Below are positions 35,673-49,611 of a stretch of 64,000 nucleotides of DNA, in pieces. The position numbers and the translations under genes are program-made. Numbering within the stretch: position 1 is the first letter of the stretch; every line of letters begins with the position of its first letter. The stretch comes from Chrysemys picta bellii (taxonomy: Eukaryota), in assembly GCF_011386835.1 (NCBI RefSeq), contig NC_088810.1, positions 23,002,001-23,066,000 on the forward strand, given 5' to 3'. The notes beneath the pieces were generated by a model. That model searched no databases. It was not told where the DNA came from and worked only from the letters and a program-made list of their open reading frames with translations.

Positions 35673-35715
35673 TTTTATACACCTTCTTAGCCAATGGGAA
35701 GGATAGTAAACACCC
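35673..35715 (-). promoter_or_regulatory. B1 core promoter
   Basis: TTTTATA 35673-35679, CCAAT, CACCC 35711-35715; donor at 35611. Confidence 0.85.
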
Positions 35716-37589
35716 TCCATGCACTCGGACCTTGTCATTAACCCCAAAAACTATTTTCTTGAATGGGCAACTCCTCTAATTATTGTAATAGCTTTGATCA
35801 TAGTTAATGATTACTGGTCAATTCACTGTCCCACATAGGATGACATGCATGCTACTACTTGTGGTTCTCTTTCATCTTGAATCTTTATGGGCCTGATATC
35901 TTCACGGTATTATCCCACTGACTTTCTTGGTGTCAACATGGGAATCAATCTAGCTCCAGTTCTTTCATTCTGCTTTGAAGAACTTCAGAGTATGAGGGTG
36001 ACTCAGAGATGTATCACTTGTACAATCTGCTGTCATGGACAAGATTCCATGTTAGTTCTTTATATCCAAACTAGTATCTAATTAGCGCAAGGCAGAGTTT
36101 ACCCTTGGAACTCCTTGGAGGAACAGAGGCATTAATCTGCATGCTTGGAATACCTACCCATAACTATCCCCAAACATGTGTTTGCGCCAACCCAACATGC
36201 TTTTGAAATCCCTGGATGTCTTTCTAACCAGTTCCATGGCCTTCAAATCAGGCCTTCTGGCTTACAATACTCTCCTGGACTCACAGCCATTACATGACCT
36301 ATTAAAAACTTCAGTACCTGCTAAGCTTTCAAAGTAGACCTGAAGCAGGATTGAATAGGTACATATGTCTTTGTGTTCTACCTGTGCCCAGAAATGACAT
36401 TAAGCTTAATGCGCTTAGACATTCCAATCTGAAGTGAAATCCTGTCAAGTGATCAGTGATTTAGAGTCACAAACTCAGCTGATGATCACAATAGAGCACA
36501 TAAGGTCTACTTAATGCACTCATTCCCCTGAGTTGCAGCGAAAAGTGGCAGTAGGTGAAAGGAAAAAGTGCAATGTTGTATTAAAGCTTGGGATGAAAGT
36601 CTTGGAACTGCATCTCCATCCAGGACCTAAGAGGACAATGATGTTCTTCTGGGACAATGCTGCTAAGAAAGCCCAGGAAGAATCACATGACAGATGGAAA
36701 TGAAGCCCACTGTCACAAACACACCGAATAAGTTTGTTCTCCCACAGATATGAAGAACACAACAACAAAGTCACTTTTGGGACTCAGGACTGCCAGGCAA
36801 TTACTTCAGTAAAGGAGTCTAATGTCTTTTAATGTAGCTTGACACTCAGCACCTCAAATGACCTTCATTTTTTAAAGTGAATTGGCATGAGCATGACAAA
36901 AGTTACAGAACAAGGAAATCTTGAATCTCTGCCACCCTTTTGGATTTACTCTTGATGGAGCTCTCGAGCCCTGCTTTGGCACCATTTTTTCACCCACGTT
37001 GCAGTACTGTAAAGGAAAACACTAGCTTCAGGTGGTGGAGAATAAGGCACTTTGGTTTCATTTCAGAACGCATTCTGTACGTATTTGGGGCCTGAAGTTT
37101 TTCTCCCTTGGCCGTCCAATGCTGTCCTGCAGCGGGGTGTTGACCTGCTAGGTTAGATTTGTTTTCCCTGGATGGATGCCCGATGCTTCTAGCTCCTCTC
37201 GATCAATTATAGCCAGCTTGGCATTGGGTAATGGTATGAGTATCACCTCTGGCTCTAAGGAGCCCTCTGATTGGCTGGGAGATAGCTGCACACGTCCCTA
37301 CCCCTTTGCTTCAGCCTGAGAAGGAGCAAATAGCGATTTAGTCTTTCTTTTGAATGTAGAAATGTTGGAATGTGTGGAAACCCAAACACAATCTGACTTG
37401 ACCTGAAAATTTGGCTCGAAGCAGCCATGTGCTGGTGGGCAACATTTAGGGCAAGCTATTGTTTTTATCCTCAGCAGACTGAATGGGCACATATCTGCTG
37501 AATCTATACGGTTCTGATGTTGATATCACTATCTGGTTTTCTTTGTGTTGCGTATGTGCCAATATAATGCATCATAATTTTGTAACATA

Positions 37590-37964
37590 CAGTAGAACCT
37601 CAGGGTTATGGACACTGGAGTTACCAACTGACCGGTCAACCACACACCTCATTTGGAACCAGAAGTATGCAATCAGGCAGCAGCGGAGGCAGCAACAACA
37701 AGAAAAAGCAAATACAGCACCATGTGAAACATAACTACTGAAAAAGTTAAGGGAAAGTTTAACAAAAATTTGACAACTGTTCTGTGCTTGTTACATTTAA
37801 ATTAAGATGGTTAAAAGCAGCATTTTTCTTCTGTAGAGTAAAGTTTCAAAGCAGGATTAAGTCAATGTTCAGTGGTAAACTTTTAAAAGAACCGCCCACA
37901 TGTTTTGTTCAGCATTACGAACAACCTCTATGCATAAGGTGGTTACAATTCTGATGTTCTACTG
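37590..37964. mobile_element. Tc1/mariner (pogo/Tigger-like) MITE, 375 bp
   Basis: TA-CAGTAGAACCTC ... GATGTTCTACTG; absent from the homologous type A spacer (CATATGTAG). Confidence 0.7.
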
Positions 37965-38889
37965 TCTGTAGTTTTTGAGGGGTCGCACATATATTCGGTA
38001 TTTGAGGTGGGGTGATGGGAGGCATATATATCTCCCAGCTCTCTGGAAGTGAGATGTAGATGGCACAGAAAGACTCTCCATTGAGAATACCCCTGCTTCC
38101 TGGTCTCCCTCCCCTTTAGCTCCCAATCCTTCCATTTACAGCTTCAGACACTAACAAAACGTCTGCCTAGCTCTTTCCTAACAATTTATCCTTACGCTTC
38201 TTTATGAGTTTAGTAATTCTCACAACACCCATCTGAAACAGGTCATTATTATCTTATTATCTAAGAAAGTGATCATTGACGCTTTCAGCCTAATTCAGTT
38301 GCCCAAGGCCACTCCAGTGGAAAGCCTGGGACTGGAACTCAGGAACACCTAATTACTAATAGTCTTGTTAGTTATAATTTGAACTCTAATATCTCTAGGA
38401 TACCAGCCGTGCTCTCAGCGCCCCATTGTCCTGCTCAGTATATGAACTCAGAGTGTATGCTGCATTATGAACACATTATGACAAACAATAACAAGGGGAT
38501 TACTTTAACTTACTTCTAATAGCGGATAGGAATCTGAGGGTGAAATATGATTCTGAAATATTGTAGAAAAGTGGAATTTTCTTTTATTTAAATCAGCTTG
38601 GGTCACAAGCCTTCAGGGACTTGCACAAGTGCTTAACTTGAATTGTGTGAACAGCCTCATTGAGTTCAAACCATCAACTCAATCACTTGAAACGAAGAAT
38701 GTGAATATGTATTGCAGGAAGGAAGATGTAGAGATTTTTGTGGGGCATAAAACAAGCCAAGTTTTTAGAGTGTATTAATGAGGTGTTGGAGGAAATTCAT
38801 TATTCAACTAAAAACCTTTTCTGATTTTTTATAAGAATAGCACTCATACTTCCTTAAAGGTTATAATACATTAGGGAAAAGACATTACA

Positions 38890-39545
38890 AGTGCTGTCCA
38901 CTAAAGATAGGAGAAGGAAAAGTCTGGAAAAGAAAAGATTGAGAGGGGACATGATAACAGTTTTCAGGTAAGTGAAAGGTTGTTAAAAGGAAGAGGGAGA
39001 AAAATTATTTTTCTTAACCACTGAGGATAGGACAAGAAGCAATGGGCTTAAATTACAGCAAGGGTGGTTTAGGTTGGACATTAGGAAAAACTTCCTAACT
39101 GTCGGGGTGGTTAAGCACTGGACTAAATTGCCCAGGGAGGTTGTGGAATCTTCGTCATTGGAGAGTTTTAAGAGCTGATTAGACAAACCCCTGTCAGAGA
39201 TGGTCTAGATAATATTTAGTCCTGCCATGAGTGCAGGGGACTGGACTAGATGACCTCTCGAGGTCCCATCCAGTCGTATGATTCTATGATAATCTGCAAC
39301 AAGGGAGATTTATGTTATATATCATCGTAAACTTTTTAAATATCATGACAGTTAAGCTCTGATTTTAGGCATTCAAGGGAGCCTGCAGAATCCTCATCAC
39401 TGGAGATTTTGAAGAACAGGTTAAATAAACACCTGTTAGGGATGGTCTAGGTGTACTTGGTCCCACCTTAGTGCAGAGGGATGGACTATATGACCTCTCG
39501 AGGTCTCCTGCTAATTATATTTCAAACAATTGTATGACTCTATAG
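38890..39545 (+). mobile_element. Nested CR1 3' ends (younger copy about 38914-39290 inside an older tail)
   Basis: AGAGGGGACATGATAACAG...GGTTTAGGTTGGACATTAGG...ATTCTATGAT, followed by a second, more decayed CR1 tail. Confidence 0.8.
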
Positions 39546-39584
39546 AATATTTAGAAGATGGAAATATAGTCTTTTTGAGAGTCA

Positions 39585-39594
39585 TTTATTTATT
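39585..39594 (-). terminator. Double poly(A) signal (B2)
   Basis: TTTATTTATT on the + strand. Confidence 0.65.
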
Positions 39595-40292
39595 CCCATT
39601 CTGTAACAAGGGAGTAATTCCCTCCTCTGCAGAGAACTATACAGTGTTATTGACCAATTCATGTACTGATTCTCTTCCTTCTTGTGGGCATGAGTGGGAT
39701 TGATACAGTGCGTAGAGCTTGTGCGGACTATCTGCACAGGGGAGAATTTCATCCAGAGTGCTTTGGAAAGAAAGAATGGAGGGGAAAGGAAAACCAGAAG
39801 GCCGATAATATGATGCAGCATCATTTTTAATGGGAACGAGCATCAGAGTTTGCACTTCCAGAATGAATTAATGCAGAGTACAGAAATTGTATTTTCAGGG
39901 TTACAAAGAGAGCTACAACCCATCACCAGCTGCAGAGTGATGCATGTCACACAATCTGTTCTTCCGTCTTGCAGCCAGCCACCCAGTGGGAAAATCATCT
40001 CACATTTTCCACCAGATTAAGTCACTTGTGGTAGACTGTTCATCATCAAAAAGGACAAAGCATAATTGGAGCGTAAGACTAAACTGCAAAACCACTACAC
40101 CATAAAGAAAAGGTAACATATAACAAGAAGAAGCCATACAGAGCCCTCGATTATATAGGCAATGAACACCCAAAACCCCCGCTGATTTTGAGTGGAGCTG
40201 TAGGCTCTAATTTTTCATAAGTTGAATGGTGAATCTCTCTCTTCTCTTCCATTTCCTGGTTGTTTCTTCTTCCGTGGTTCTTTCTTCTGGGT

Positions 40293-40841
40293 TTAACATG
40301 GGCCACAACTTCCACGGCGGGAAGAATAGCACCTCCCACCATATCTCCTCCCATACCCGCATAAGCCACCATAGCCACCCCCGTATCCAGCACCATAACC
40401 ACATAAGCCACCATAGCCACCCCCGTATCCAGCACCATAACCACATAAGCCCCCATAACCATATGAGCCTCCATAACCGCTTAAGCCCCCATAACCATAT
40501 GAGCCTCCATAACCGCTTAAGCCCCCATAACCATAACCACCCTCTAAAGCACCCCCATATCCACTACCATAACCAATTGGGCCACCCAAAGCACCACCCC
40601 CAAATGAGCCCCCAGCTCCATAGGGTAGAGCTGGTACCGTGCTTCCCACTAGGCTGTGTTGAGGGGAAGTAGAGAGAATTGGTCCTGGGAATAGCACGGA
40701 AACCGGTGGTGGATAGACCACTGCTGTTGAATCTGCACACGAGGTGATACAAGGCTCATTGCGGGCAACAACACATGGTTCTGGGCATATGTCAGGATAA
40801 CACGGGCTGGGTCGGCAAGACAGGTCTTTGCAGGAAGACAT
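40293..40841 (-). CDS. Corneous beta-protein type B, 182 aa (gene B2)
   Basis: Core box and expanded Gly-Tyr tail; intron 40862-41366. Confidence 0.95.
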   Translation of the reverse strand: MSSCKDLSCRPSPCYPDICPEPCVVARNEPCITSCADSTAVVYPPPVSVLFPGPILSTSPQHSLVGSTVPALPYGAGGSFGGGALGGPIGYGSGYGGALEGGYGYGGLSGYGGSYGYGGLSGYGGSYGYGGLCGYGAGYGGGYGGLCGYGAGYGGGYGGLCGYGRRYGGRCYSSRRGSCGPC

Positions 40842-41427
40842 TTTTTGTGATGGTCGTAAGCCTGAAACACACAGAAGGGAGCAGAGGAAACTTAACACGC
40901 TTTAGGTAGAGCGGCTGTTCAATAGTTATATTTCAAATCTGACCTCCATGGTTTAATGGAAACAGCAGGGTCAGATCATCAGCCCAGGCAACCCATCGTA
41001 ATTCCAGTGAAATCACCCAAAAAGCTGGCCATGTGTATTTACACAAAAAGTGTCAGAATAATACAGTCTATTATCTAAGGCTGAGATTTTTCATAATTGT
41101 CTAACGAATTCCCATGTCCAATCCCAAATTATAATTATTGGGAACGGGGGTCCCAATCCCATATGTAGATTTGAAAATCCCAACCAGATATTTTTAAAGT
41201 CAGCATGTGCAAACGTCTATGACTGACTAGCTACAGAAAGTCTCCTATGCAAAGAACGACGCCTCCTGTCCCAACACTTGTAAAATCCTAGCGCACCGGA
41301 CTTAGTTCAAAATTCAAACGATTAATAAAGAAGAAATTGGTGGCAGTTGGAGCCAAAGAAACTTACCGAGCTCACCAAGGAGAGGAAGTCAAGAGAAGTG
41401 GATAGAACAACCTGGAGTTGCAGGCAC

Positions 41428-41470
41428 TTTTATACACCTTCTTAGCCAATGGGAAGGATAGTAAACACCC
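41428..41470 (-). promoter_or_regulatory. B2 core promoter
   Basis: TTTTATA 41428-41434, CCAAT, CACCC; donor at 41366. Confidence 0.85.
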
Positions 41471-43341
41471 TTTATGCCCTCAGACCTTGTCATTAACCCC
41501 AAAAACTATTCTCTTGAATGGGCAACTCCTCTAATTATTGTAATAGCTTTGATCATAGTTAATGATTACTAGTCAATTCACTGTCCCACATAGGATGACA
41601 TGCATGCTACTACTTGTGGTTCCCTTTCATCTTGAATCTTTATGGGCCTGATATCTTCATGGGATTATCCCACTGACTTTCTTGGTGTCAACACGGGAAT
41701 CAATCTAGCTCCAGTTCTTTCATTCTGCTTTGAAGAACTTCAGAGTATGAGGGTGTCTCAGAGATGTATCACTTGTACAATCTGCTGTCACGGACAAAAT
41801 TCCATGTTAGTTTTTTATACCCAGACTTGTATCTAATTAGCGGCAAGGCGGAGTTTACCCTTGGAACTTCTTGGAGGAACAGAGGCATTAATCTGCATGC
41901 TTGGAATACCTACCCATAACTATCCCCAAACATGTGTTTGCGCCAACATGCTTTTGAAATCCACGGATGTCTTTCTAACCAGTTCCATGGCCTTCAAATC
42001 AGGCCTTCTGGCTTACAATACTCTCCTGGACTCACAGCCAATACATGACCTATTAAAAACTTCAGTACCTGCTAAGCTTTCAAAGTAGACCTGAAGCAGG
42101 ATTGAATAGGTACATATATCTTTGTGTTCTACCTATGCCCAGACATGGCATTAAGCCTAATGCGCTTAGACATTCCAATCTGAAGTGAAATCCTGTCAAG
42201 TGATCAGTGATTTAGAGTCACAAACTCAGGTGATGATCACAATAGAGCACATAAGGTCTACTTAATGCACTCATTCCCCTGAGTTGCAGCGAAAAGTGGC
42301 AGTAGGTGGAAGGAAAAAGTGCAATGTTGTATTAAAGCTTGGGATGAAAGTCTTGGAACTGCATCTCCATCCAGGACCTAAGAGGACAATGATGTTCTTC
42401 TGGGACAATGCTGCTAAGAAAGCCCAGGAAGAATCACATGACAGATGGAAATGAAGCCCACAGTCACAAACACACCGAATAAATTTGTTCTCCCACAGAT
42501 ATCAAGAACACAACAACAAAGTCACTTTTGGGACTCAGGACTCCCATGCAATTACTTCAGTAAAGGAGTCTAATGTCTTTTAATGTAGCTTGACACTCAG
42601 CACCTCAAATGACCTTCATTTTTTAAAGTGAATTGGCATGAGCATGACAAAAGTGACAGAACAAGGCAATCTTGAACTTCTGCCACCCTTTTGGATTTAC
42701 TCTTGATGGAGCTCTCGAGCCCTGCTCTGGCACCATTTTTACACCCACGTTGCAGTACTGTAAAGGAAAACACTAGCTTCAGGGTGGTGGAGAATAAGGC
42801 ACTTTGGTTTCATTTCAGAACACATTCCGTAAGTATTTGGGGCCTGACGTTTTTCTCCCTTGGCCGTCCAATGCTGTCCTGCAGCGGGGTGTTGACCTGC
42901 TAGGTTAGATTTGTTTTCCCTGGATGGATGCCCGCTGCTTCTAGCTCCTCTCGATCAATTATAGCCAGCTTGGCATTGGGTAATGGTATGAGTATCGCCT
43001 CTGGCTCTAAGGAGCCCTCTGATTGGCTGGGAGATAGCTGCACACGTCTCTACCCCTTTGCTTCAGCCTGAGAAGGAGCAAATAGCGTTTTAGTCTTTCT
43101 TTTGAATGTAGAAATGTTGGAATGTGTGGAAACCCAAACACAATCTGACTTGACCTGAAAATTTGGCTCGAAGCAGCCATGTGCTGGTGGGCAACATTTA
43201 GGGCAAGCTATTGTTTTTATCCTCAGCAGATTGAATGGGCACATATCTGCTGAATCTATATGGTTCTGATGTTGATATCACTATCTGGTTTTCTTTGTGT
43301 TGCGTATGTGCCAATATAATGCATCATAATTTTGTAACATA

Positions 43342-43716
43342 CAGTAGAACCTCGGGGTTATGGACACTGGAGTTACCATCTGACCGGTCAAACACACACC
43401 TCATTTGGAACCAGAAGTATGCAATCAGGCAGCAGCAGAGGCAACAACAACAAGAAAAAGCAAATACAGCACCGTGTGAAACATAACTACTGAAAAAGTT
43501 AAGGGAAAGTTTAACAAAAAATTGACAACTGTTCTGTTCTTGTTACATTTAAATTAAGATGGTTAAAAGCAGCATTTTTCTTCTGTAGAGTAAAGTTTCA
43601 AAGCAGGATTAAGTCAACGTTCAGTGGTAAACTTTTAAAAGAACCGCCCACATGTTTTGTTCAGCATTACGAACAACCTCCATGCATAAGGTGGTTACAA
43701 TTCTGATGTTCTACTG
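43342..43716. mobile_element. Tigger-like MITE (paralogous copy)
   Basis: Same termini and site as 37590-37964. Confidence 0.7.
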
Positions 43717-44644
43717 TCTGTGGTTTTTGAAGGGTCACACATATATTCGCTATTTGAGGTGGGGTGATGGGAGGGATATATATCTCCCAGCTCTCTGGAA
43801 TTGAGATGTAGATGGCACAGAAAGACTCTCCATTGAGAATACCCCTGCTTTCTGGTCTCCCTCCCCTTTAGCTCCCAATCCTTCCATTTACAGCTTCAGA
43901 CACTAACAAAACGTCTTCCTAGCTCTTTCCTAACAATTTATCCTTACGCTTCTTTATGAGTTTAGTAATTCTCACAACACCCATCTGAAACAGGTCATTA
44001 TTATCTTATTATCAAAGAAAGTGATCATTGACGCTTTCAGCCTAATTCAGTTGCCCAAGGCCACTCCAGTGGAAAGCCTGGGACTGGAACTCAGGAACAC
44101 CTAATTACTAATAGTCTTGTGAGTTATAATTTGAACTCTAATATCTCCAGGATACCAGCCGTGCTCTCAGGGCCCCATTGTCCTGCTCAGTATATGAACT
44201 CAGAGTTTATGCTGCATTATGAACACATTATGACAAACAATAACAAGGGGATTATTTTAACTTACTTCTAATAGCGGATAGGAATCTGAGGGTGAAATAT
44301 GATTCTGAAATATTGTAGAAAAGTGGAATTTTCTTTTATTTATATCAGCTTGGGTCACAAGCCTTCAGGGACTTGCACAAGTGCTTAACTTGAATTGTGT
44401 GAACAGCCTCATTGAGTTCAAACCATCAACTCAATCACTTGAAACGAAGAATGTGAATATGTATCGCAGGAAGGAAGATGTAGAGATTTTTGTGGGGCAT
44501 AAAACAAGCCAAGTTTAAGAGTTTATTAATGAGGTGTCGGAGGAAATTCATTATTCAACTAAAAACCTTTTCCGATTTTTTATAAGAATAGCACTCATAC
44601 TTCCTTAAAGGTTATAATACGTTAGGGAAAAGACATTACAAGTG

Positions 44645-45295
44645 CTGTCCACTAAAGATAGGAGACGTAAAAGTCTGGAAAAGAGAAGACTGAGAGGGGA
44701 AACGATAACAGTTTTCAAGTAAGTAAAACGTTGTTAAAAGGAAGAGGGAGAAAAATTATTCTTCTTAACCACTGAGGATAGGACAAGAAGCAATGGGCTT
44801 AAATTACAGCAAGGGCGGTTTAGGTTGGACATTAGGAAAAACTTCCTAACTGTCGGGGTGGTTAAGCACTGGACTAAATTGCCCAGGGAGTTTGTGGAAT
44901 CTTCGTCATTGGAGATTTTTAAGAGCTGATTAGACAAACCCCTGTCAGAGATGGTCTAGATAATATTTAGTCCTGCCATGAGTGCAGGGGACTGGACTAG
45001 ATGACCTCTCGAGGTCCCATCCAGTCGTATGATTCTATGATAATCTGCAACAAGGGAGATTTATGTTATATATCATCATAATCTTTTTAACTTTCATGAC
45101 AGTTAAGCTCTGATTTTAGGCTTCCAAGGGAGACTGCAGAATCCTCATCACTGGAGGTTTTGAAGAACAGGTTAAATAAACATCTGTTAGGGATGGTCTA
45201 GGTGTACTTGGTCCCACCTTAGTGCAGAGGGATGGACTATATGATCTCTCGAAGTCTCCTGCTAATTATATTTCAAACAATTGTATGACTCTATA
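44645..45295 (+). mobile_element. Nested CR1 3' ends (paralog)
   Basis: Near-identical to 38890-39545. Confidence 0.8.
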
Positions 45296-45335
45296 GAATA
45301 TTTAGAAGAGGGAAATATAGTCTTTCTGAGAGTCA

Positions 45336-45345
45336 TTTATTTATT
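45336..45345 (-). terminator. Double poly(A) signal (B3)
   Basis: TTTATTTATT on the + strand; lies outside the 7967-bp duplicated unit. Confidence 0.65.
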
Positions 45346-46044
45346 CCCATTCTGTAACAAGGGAGTAATTCCCTCCTCTGCAGAGAACCTACACAGTGTT
45401 ATTGACCAATTCATGTATTGATTCTCTTCTTTCTTATGGGCATGAGTGGGATTGATACATTGCATCGAGCTTGCGTGGACTATCTGCACAGGGGGGAATT
45501 TCACCCAGAGTACTTTGGAAAGAAAGAATGGAGGGGAAAGGAAAACCAGAAGGCCAATAATATGATGCAGCATCATTTTTAATGGGAACAAACATCAGAG
45601 TTTGCACTTACAGAATGAATTAATGCAGAGTACAGAAATGGTATTTTCAGGGTTACAAAGAAAGCTACAACCCATCACCAGCTGCAGAGTGATGCATGTC
45701 ACACAATCTGTTCTGCCATCTTGCAGCCAGCCACGCAGTGTGAAAATCATCTCACATTTTCAACGAGATTAAGCCACTTGTGGTAGACTGTTCAGCATCA
45801 GAAAGGACAAAGCATAATATGAGCGTAAGACTAAACTGCAAAACCACTACACCATAAAGAAAAGGTAACATATAACAAGAAGAAGACATACAGAGCCCTG
45901 AATTATATAGGCAATGAACACCCACAGCCCCCACTGATTTCGAGTGGAGCTGTAGGCTCTAATTTTTCATAAGTTGAATGATGAATCTCTTTCTTCTCTT
46001 CCATGTCCTGGTTGTTTCTTCTTCCGTGGTTCTTTCTTCTGGGT

Positions 46045-46551
46045 TTAACATGGGCCACAACTTCCACGGCGGGAAGAATAGCACCTCCCACCATATCTCC
46101 TCCCATACCCGCATAAGCCACCATAGCCACCCCCGTATCCAGCACCATAACCACATAAGCCACCATAGCCATATGAGCCTCCATAACCGCTTAAGCCCCC
46201 ATAACCATATGAGCCTCCATAACTGCTTAAGCCCCCATAACCATAACCACCCTCTAAAGCACCCCCATATCCACTACCATAACCAATTGGGCCACCCAAA
46301 GCACCACCCCCAAATGAGCCCCCAGCTCGGTAGGGTAGAGCTGGTAAGGTGCTTCCCACTAGGCTGTGTTGAGGGGAAGTAGAGAGAATTGGTCCTGGGA
46401 ATAGCACGGAAACCGGTGGTGGATAGACCACTGCTGTTGAATCTGCACACGAGGTGATACAAGGCTCATTGCGGGCAACAACACATGGATCTGGGCATAT
46501 GTCAGGATAACACGGGCTGGGTCGGCAAGACAGGTCTTTGCAGGAAGACAT
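46045..46551 (-). CDS. Corneous beta-protein type B, 168 aa (gene B3)
   Basis: Core box; intron 46572-47075. Confidence 0.95.
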   Translation of the reverse strand: MSSCKDLSCRPSPCYPDICPDPCVVARNEPCITSCADSTAVVYPPPVSVLFPGPILSTSPQHSLVGSTLPALPYRAGGSFGGGALGGPIGYGSGYGGALEGGYGYGGLSSYGGSYGYGGLSGYGGSYGYGGLCGYGAGYGGGYGGLCGYGRRYGGRCYSSRRGSCGPC

Positions 46552-47136
46552 TTTTTGTGATGGTCGTAAACCTGAAACACACAGAAGAGAGCAGAGGAAA
46601 CTTAACACGCTTTAGGTAGAGCGGCCTTCAATAGTTATATTTCAAATCTGTCCTCCATGGTTTAATGGAAACAGCAGGGTCAGATCATCAGCCCAGGCAA
46701 CCCATTGTAATTCCAGTGAAATCACCCAAAGCGCTGGCAATGTGTATTTACACATAACATGTCAGAATAATACAGTCTATTATCTAAGGCTGAGATTTTT
46801 CATAATTGTCTAACGAATTCCCATGTCCAATCCCAAATTATAATTATTGGGAACAGGGGTCCCAATCCCATATGTAGATTTGAAAATCCCAACCAGATAT
46901 TTTTAAAGTCAGCAGGTGCAAACGTCTATGACTGACTAGCTACAGAAAGTCTCCTATGCAAAGAACGATGCCTCCTGTCCCAACACTTGTAAAATCATAG
47001 CGCACAGGACTTAGTTCAAAATTCAAACGATTAATAAAGCAGCAATTGGTGGCAGTTGGAGCCAAAGAAACTTACCAAGCTCACCAAGGAGAGGAAGTCA
47101 AGAGAAGTGGATAGAACAACCTGGAGTTGCAGGCAC

Positions 47137-47179
47137 TTTTATACACCTTCTTAGCCAATGGGAAGGATAGTAAACACCC
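47137..47179 (-). promoter_or_regulatory. B3 core promoter
   Basis: TTTTATA 47137-47143, CCAAT, CACCC; donor at 47075. Confidence 0.85.
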
Positions 47180-48226
47180 TTTATGCCCTCAGACCTTGTC
47201 ATTAACCCCAAAAACTATTTTCTTGAATGGGCAACTCCTCTAATTATTGTAATAGCTTTGATCATAGTTAATGATTACTAGTCAATTCACTGTCCCACAT
47301 AGGATGACATGCATGCTACTACTTGTGGTTCCCTTTCATCTTGAATCTTTATGGGCCTGATATCTTCCTGGGATTATCCCACTGACTTTCTTGGTGTCAA
47401 CACGGGAATCAATCTAGCTCCAGTTCTTTCATTCTGCTTTGAAGAACTTCAGAGTATGAGGGTGACTCAGAGATGTATCACTTGTACAATCTGCTGTCAT
47501 GGACAAGATTCCATGTTAGTTCTTTATATCCAAACTAGTATCTAATTAGCGCAAGGCAGAGTTTACCCTTGGAACTCCTTGGAGGAACAGAGGCATTAAT
47601 CTGCATGCTTGGAATACCTACCCATAACTATCCCCAAACATGTGTTTGCGCCAACATGCTTTTGAAATCCCTGGATGTCTTTCTAACCAGTTCCATGGCC
47701 TTCAAATCAGGCCTTCTGGCTTACAATACTCTCCTGGAGTCACAGCCAATACATGACCTATTAAAAACTTCAGTACCTGCTAAGCTTTCAAAGTAGACCT
47801 GAAGCAGGATTGAATAGGTACATATATCTTTGTGTTCTACCTGTGCCCAAAAATGACATTATGCCTAGTGCGCTTAGACATTCCAGTCTGAAGTGAAGTC
47901 CTGTAAAGTGATCAGTGATTTAGAGTCACAACTCAGGTGATGATCACAATAGAGCACATAAGGTCTACTTAATGCACTCATTCCCCTGAGTTGCAGCGAA
48001 AAGTGGCAGTAGGTGAAAGGAAAAAGTGCAATGTTGTATTAAAGCTTGGAATTAAAGTCTTGGAACTGCATCTCCATCCTGGACCTAAGAGGACAATGAT
48101 GTTCTTCTGGGACAATGCTGCTAAGAAAGCCCAGGAAGAATCACATGACAGATGGAAATGAAGCCCACTGTCACAAACACACCGAATAAATTTGTTCTCC
48201 CACAGATATCAAAAACACAACAACAA

Positions 48227-48412
48227 ATAGCTCAGTGGTTTGAGCATTGGCCTGCTAAACCCAAGTTGTGAGTTCAATCCTTGAGGGGGCCACTTGGGGA
48301 TCTGGGGCAAAATCAGTACTTGGTCCTGCTAGTGAAGGCAGGGGGCTGGACTCGATGACCTTTCAAGGTTCCTTTTAGTTCTAGGAGATGGGATATCTCC
48401 ATTTATTTATTT
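48227..48412 (+). mobile_element. tRNA-derived SINE (5' G-head missing)
   Basis: ATAGCTCAGTGG A box, GAGTTCAATCC B box, (ATTT)n tail; empty sites at about 36770 and 42520. Confidence 0.85.
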
Positions 48413-49236
48413 AAAGTCACTTTTGGGACTCAGGACTCCCAGGCAATTACTTCAGTAAAGGAGTCTAATGTCTTTTAATGTAGATTGACACTCAGCACCT
48501 CAAATGACCTTCATTTTTTAAAGTGAATTGGCATGAGCATGACAAAAGTTACAGAACAAGGCAATCTTGAACTTCTGCCACCCTTTTGGATTTACTCTTG
48601 ATGGAGCTCTCGAGCCTTGTTCTGGCACCATTTTTACACCCAGGTTGCAGTACTGTAAAGGAAAACACTAGCTTCAGGGTGGTGGAGAATAAGGCACTTT
48701 GGTTTCATTTCAGAACACATTCCGTAAGTATTTGGGGCCTGACGTTTTTCTCCCTTGGCCGTCCAATGCTGTCCTGCAGCGGGGTGTTGACCTGCTAGGT
48801 TAGATTTGTTTTTCCTGGATGGATGCCCGATGCTTCTAGCTCCTCTCGATCAATTATAGCCAGCTTGGCATTGGGTAATGGTATGAGTATCGCCTCTGGC
48901 TCTAAGGAGCCCTCTGATTGGCTGGGAGATAGCTGCACACGTCTCTACCCCTTTGCTTCAGCCTGAGAAGGAGCAAATAGCGATTTAGTCTTTCTTTTGA
49001 ATGTAGAAATGTTGGAATGTGTGGAAACCCAAACACAATCTGACTTGACCTGAAAATTTGGCTCGAAGCAGCCATGTGCTGGTGGGCAACATTTAGGGCA
49101 AGCTATTGTTTTTATCCTCAGCAGACTGAATGGGCACATATCTGCTGAATCTATATGGTTCTAATGTTGATATCACTATCTGGTTTTCTTTGTGTTGCGT
49201 ATGTGCCAATATAATGCATCATAATTTTGTAACATA

Positions 49237-49611
49237 CAGTAGAACCTCAGGGTTATGGACACTGGAGTTACCAACTGACCGGTCAACCACACACCTCATT
49301 TGGAACCAGAAGTATGCAATCAGGCAGCAGCAGAGGCAACAACAACAAGAAAAAGCAAATACAGCACCGTGTGAAACATAACTACTGAAAAAGTTAAGGG
49401 AAAGTTTAACAAAAAATTGACAACTGTTCTGTGCTTGTTACATTTAAATGAAGATGGTTAAAAGCAGCATTTTTCTTCTGTAGACCAAAGTTTCAAAGCA
49501 GTATTAAGTCAACCTTCAGTGGTAAACTTTTAAAAGAACCGCCCACATGTTTTGTTCAGCATTACGAACAACCTCCATGCATAAGGTGGTTACAATTCTG
49601 ATGTTCTACTG
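49237..49611. mobile_element. Tigger-like MITE (paralogous copy)
   Basis: Same termini and site. Confidence 0.7.

Noticed and set aside
37483-37734. Repeated 83-aa ORF with a Gln-rich end (also 43235, 49130, 57097)
   Set aside because: Spans the Tigger-like MITE edge and a CAG/CAA microsatellite; its recurrence is due to unit duplication.
40330-40560. Regularly spaced 36/42-nt repeats resembling a CRISPR array
   Set aside because: No unique spacers; the repeats are in-frame coding units of a eukaryotic gene.
34617-46045. Apparent common 11.4-kb period in the type A and type B blocks
   Set aside because: The type A offset includes a 1.2-kb unit-specific CR1 (core about 10.3 kb), so the match to two type B units is coincidental.
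48227-48290. tRNA-like A/B box sequence (also 27790-27850, 56194, 62879)
   Set aside because: Head of a tRNA-derived SINE with a CR1-like tail and (ATTT)n end; no complete cloverleaf.
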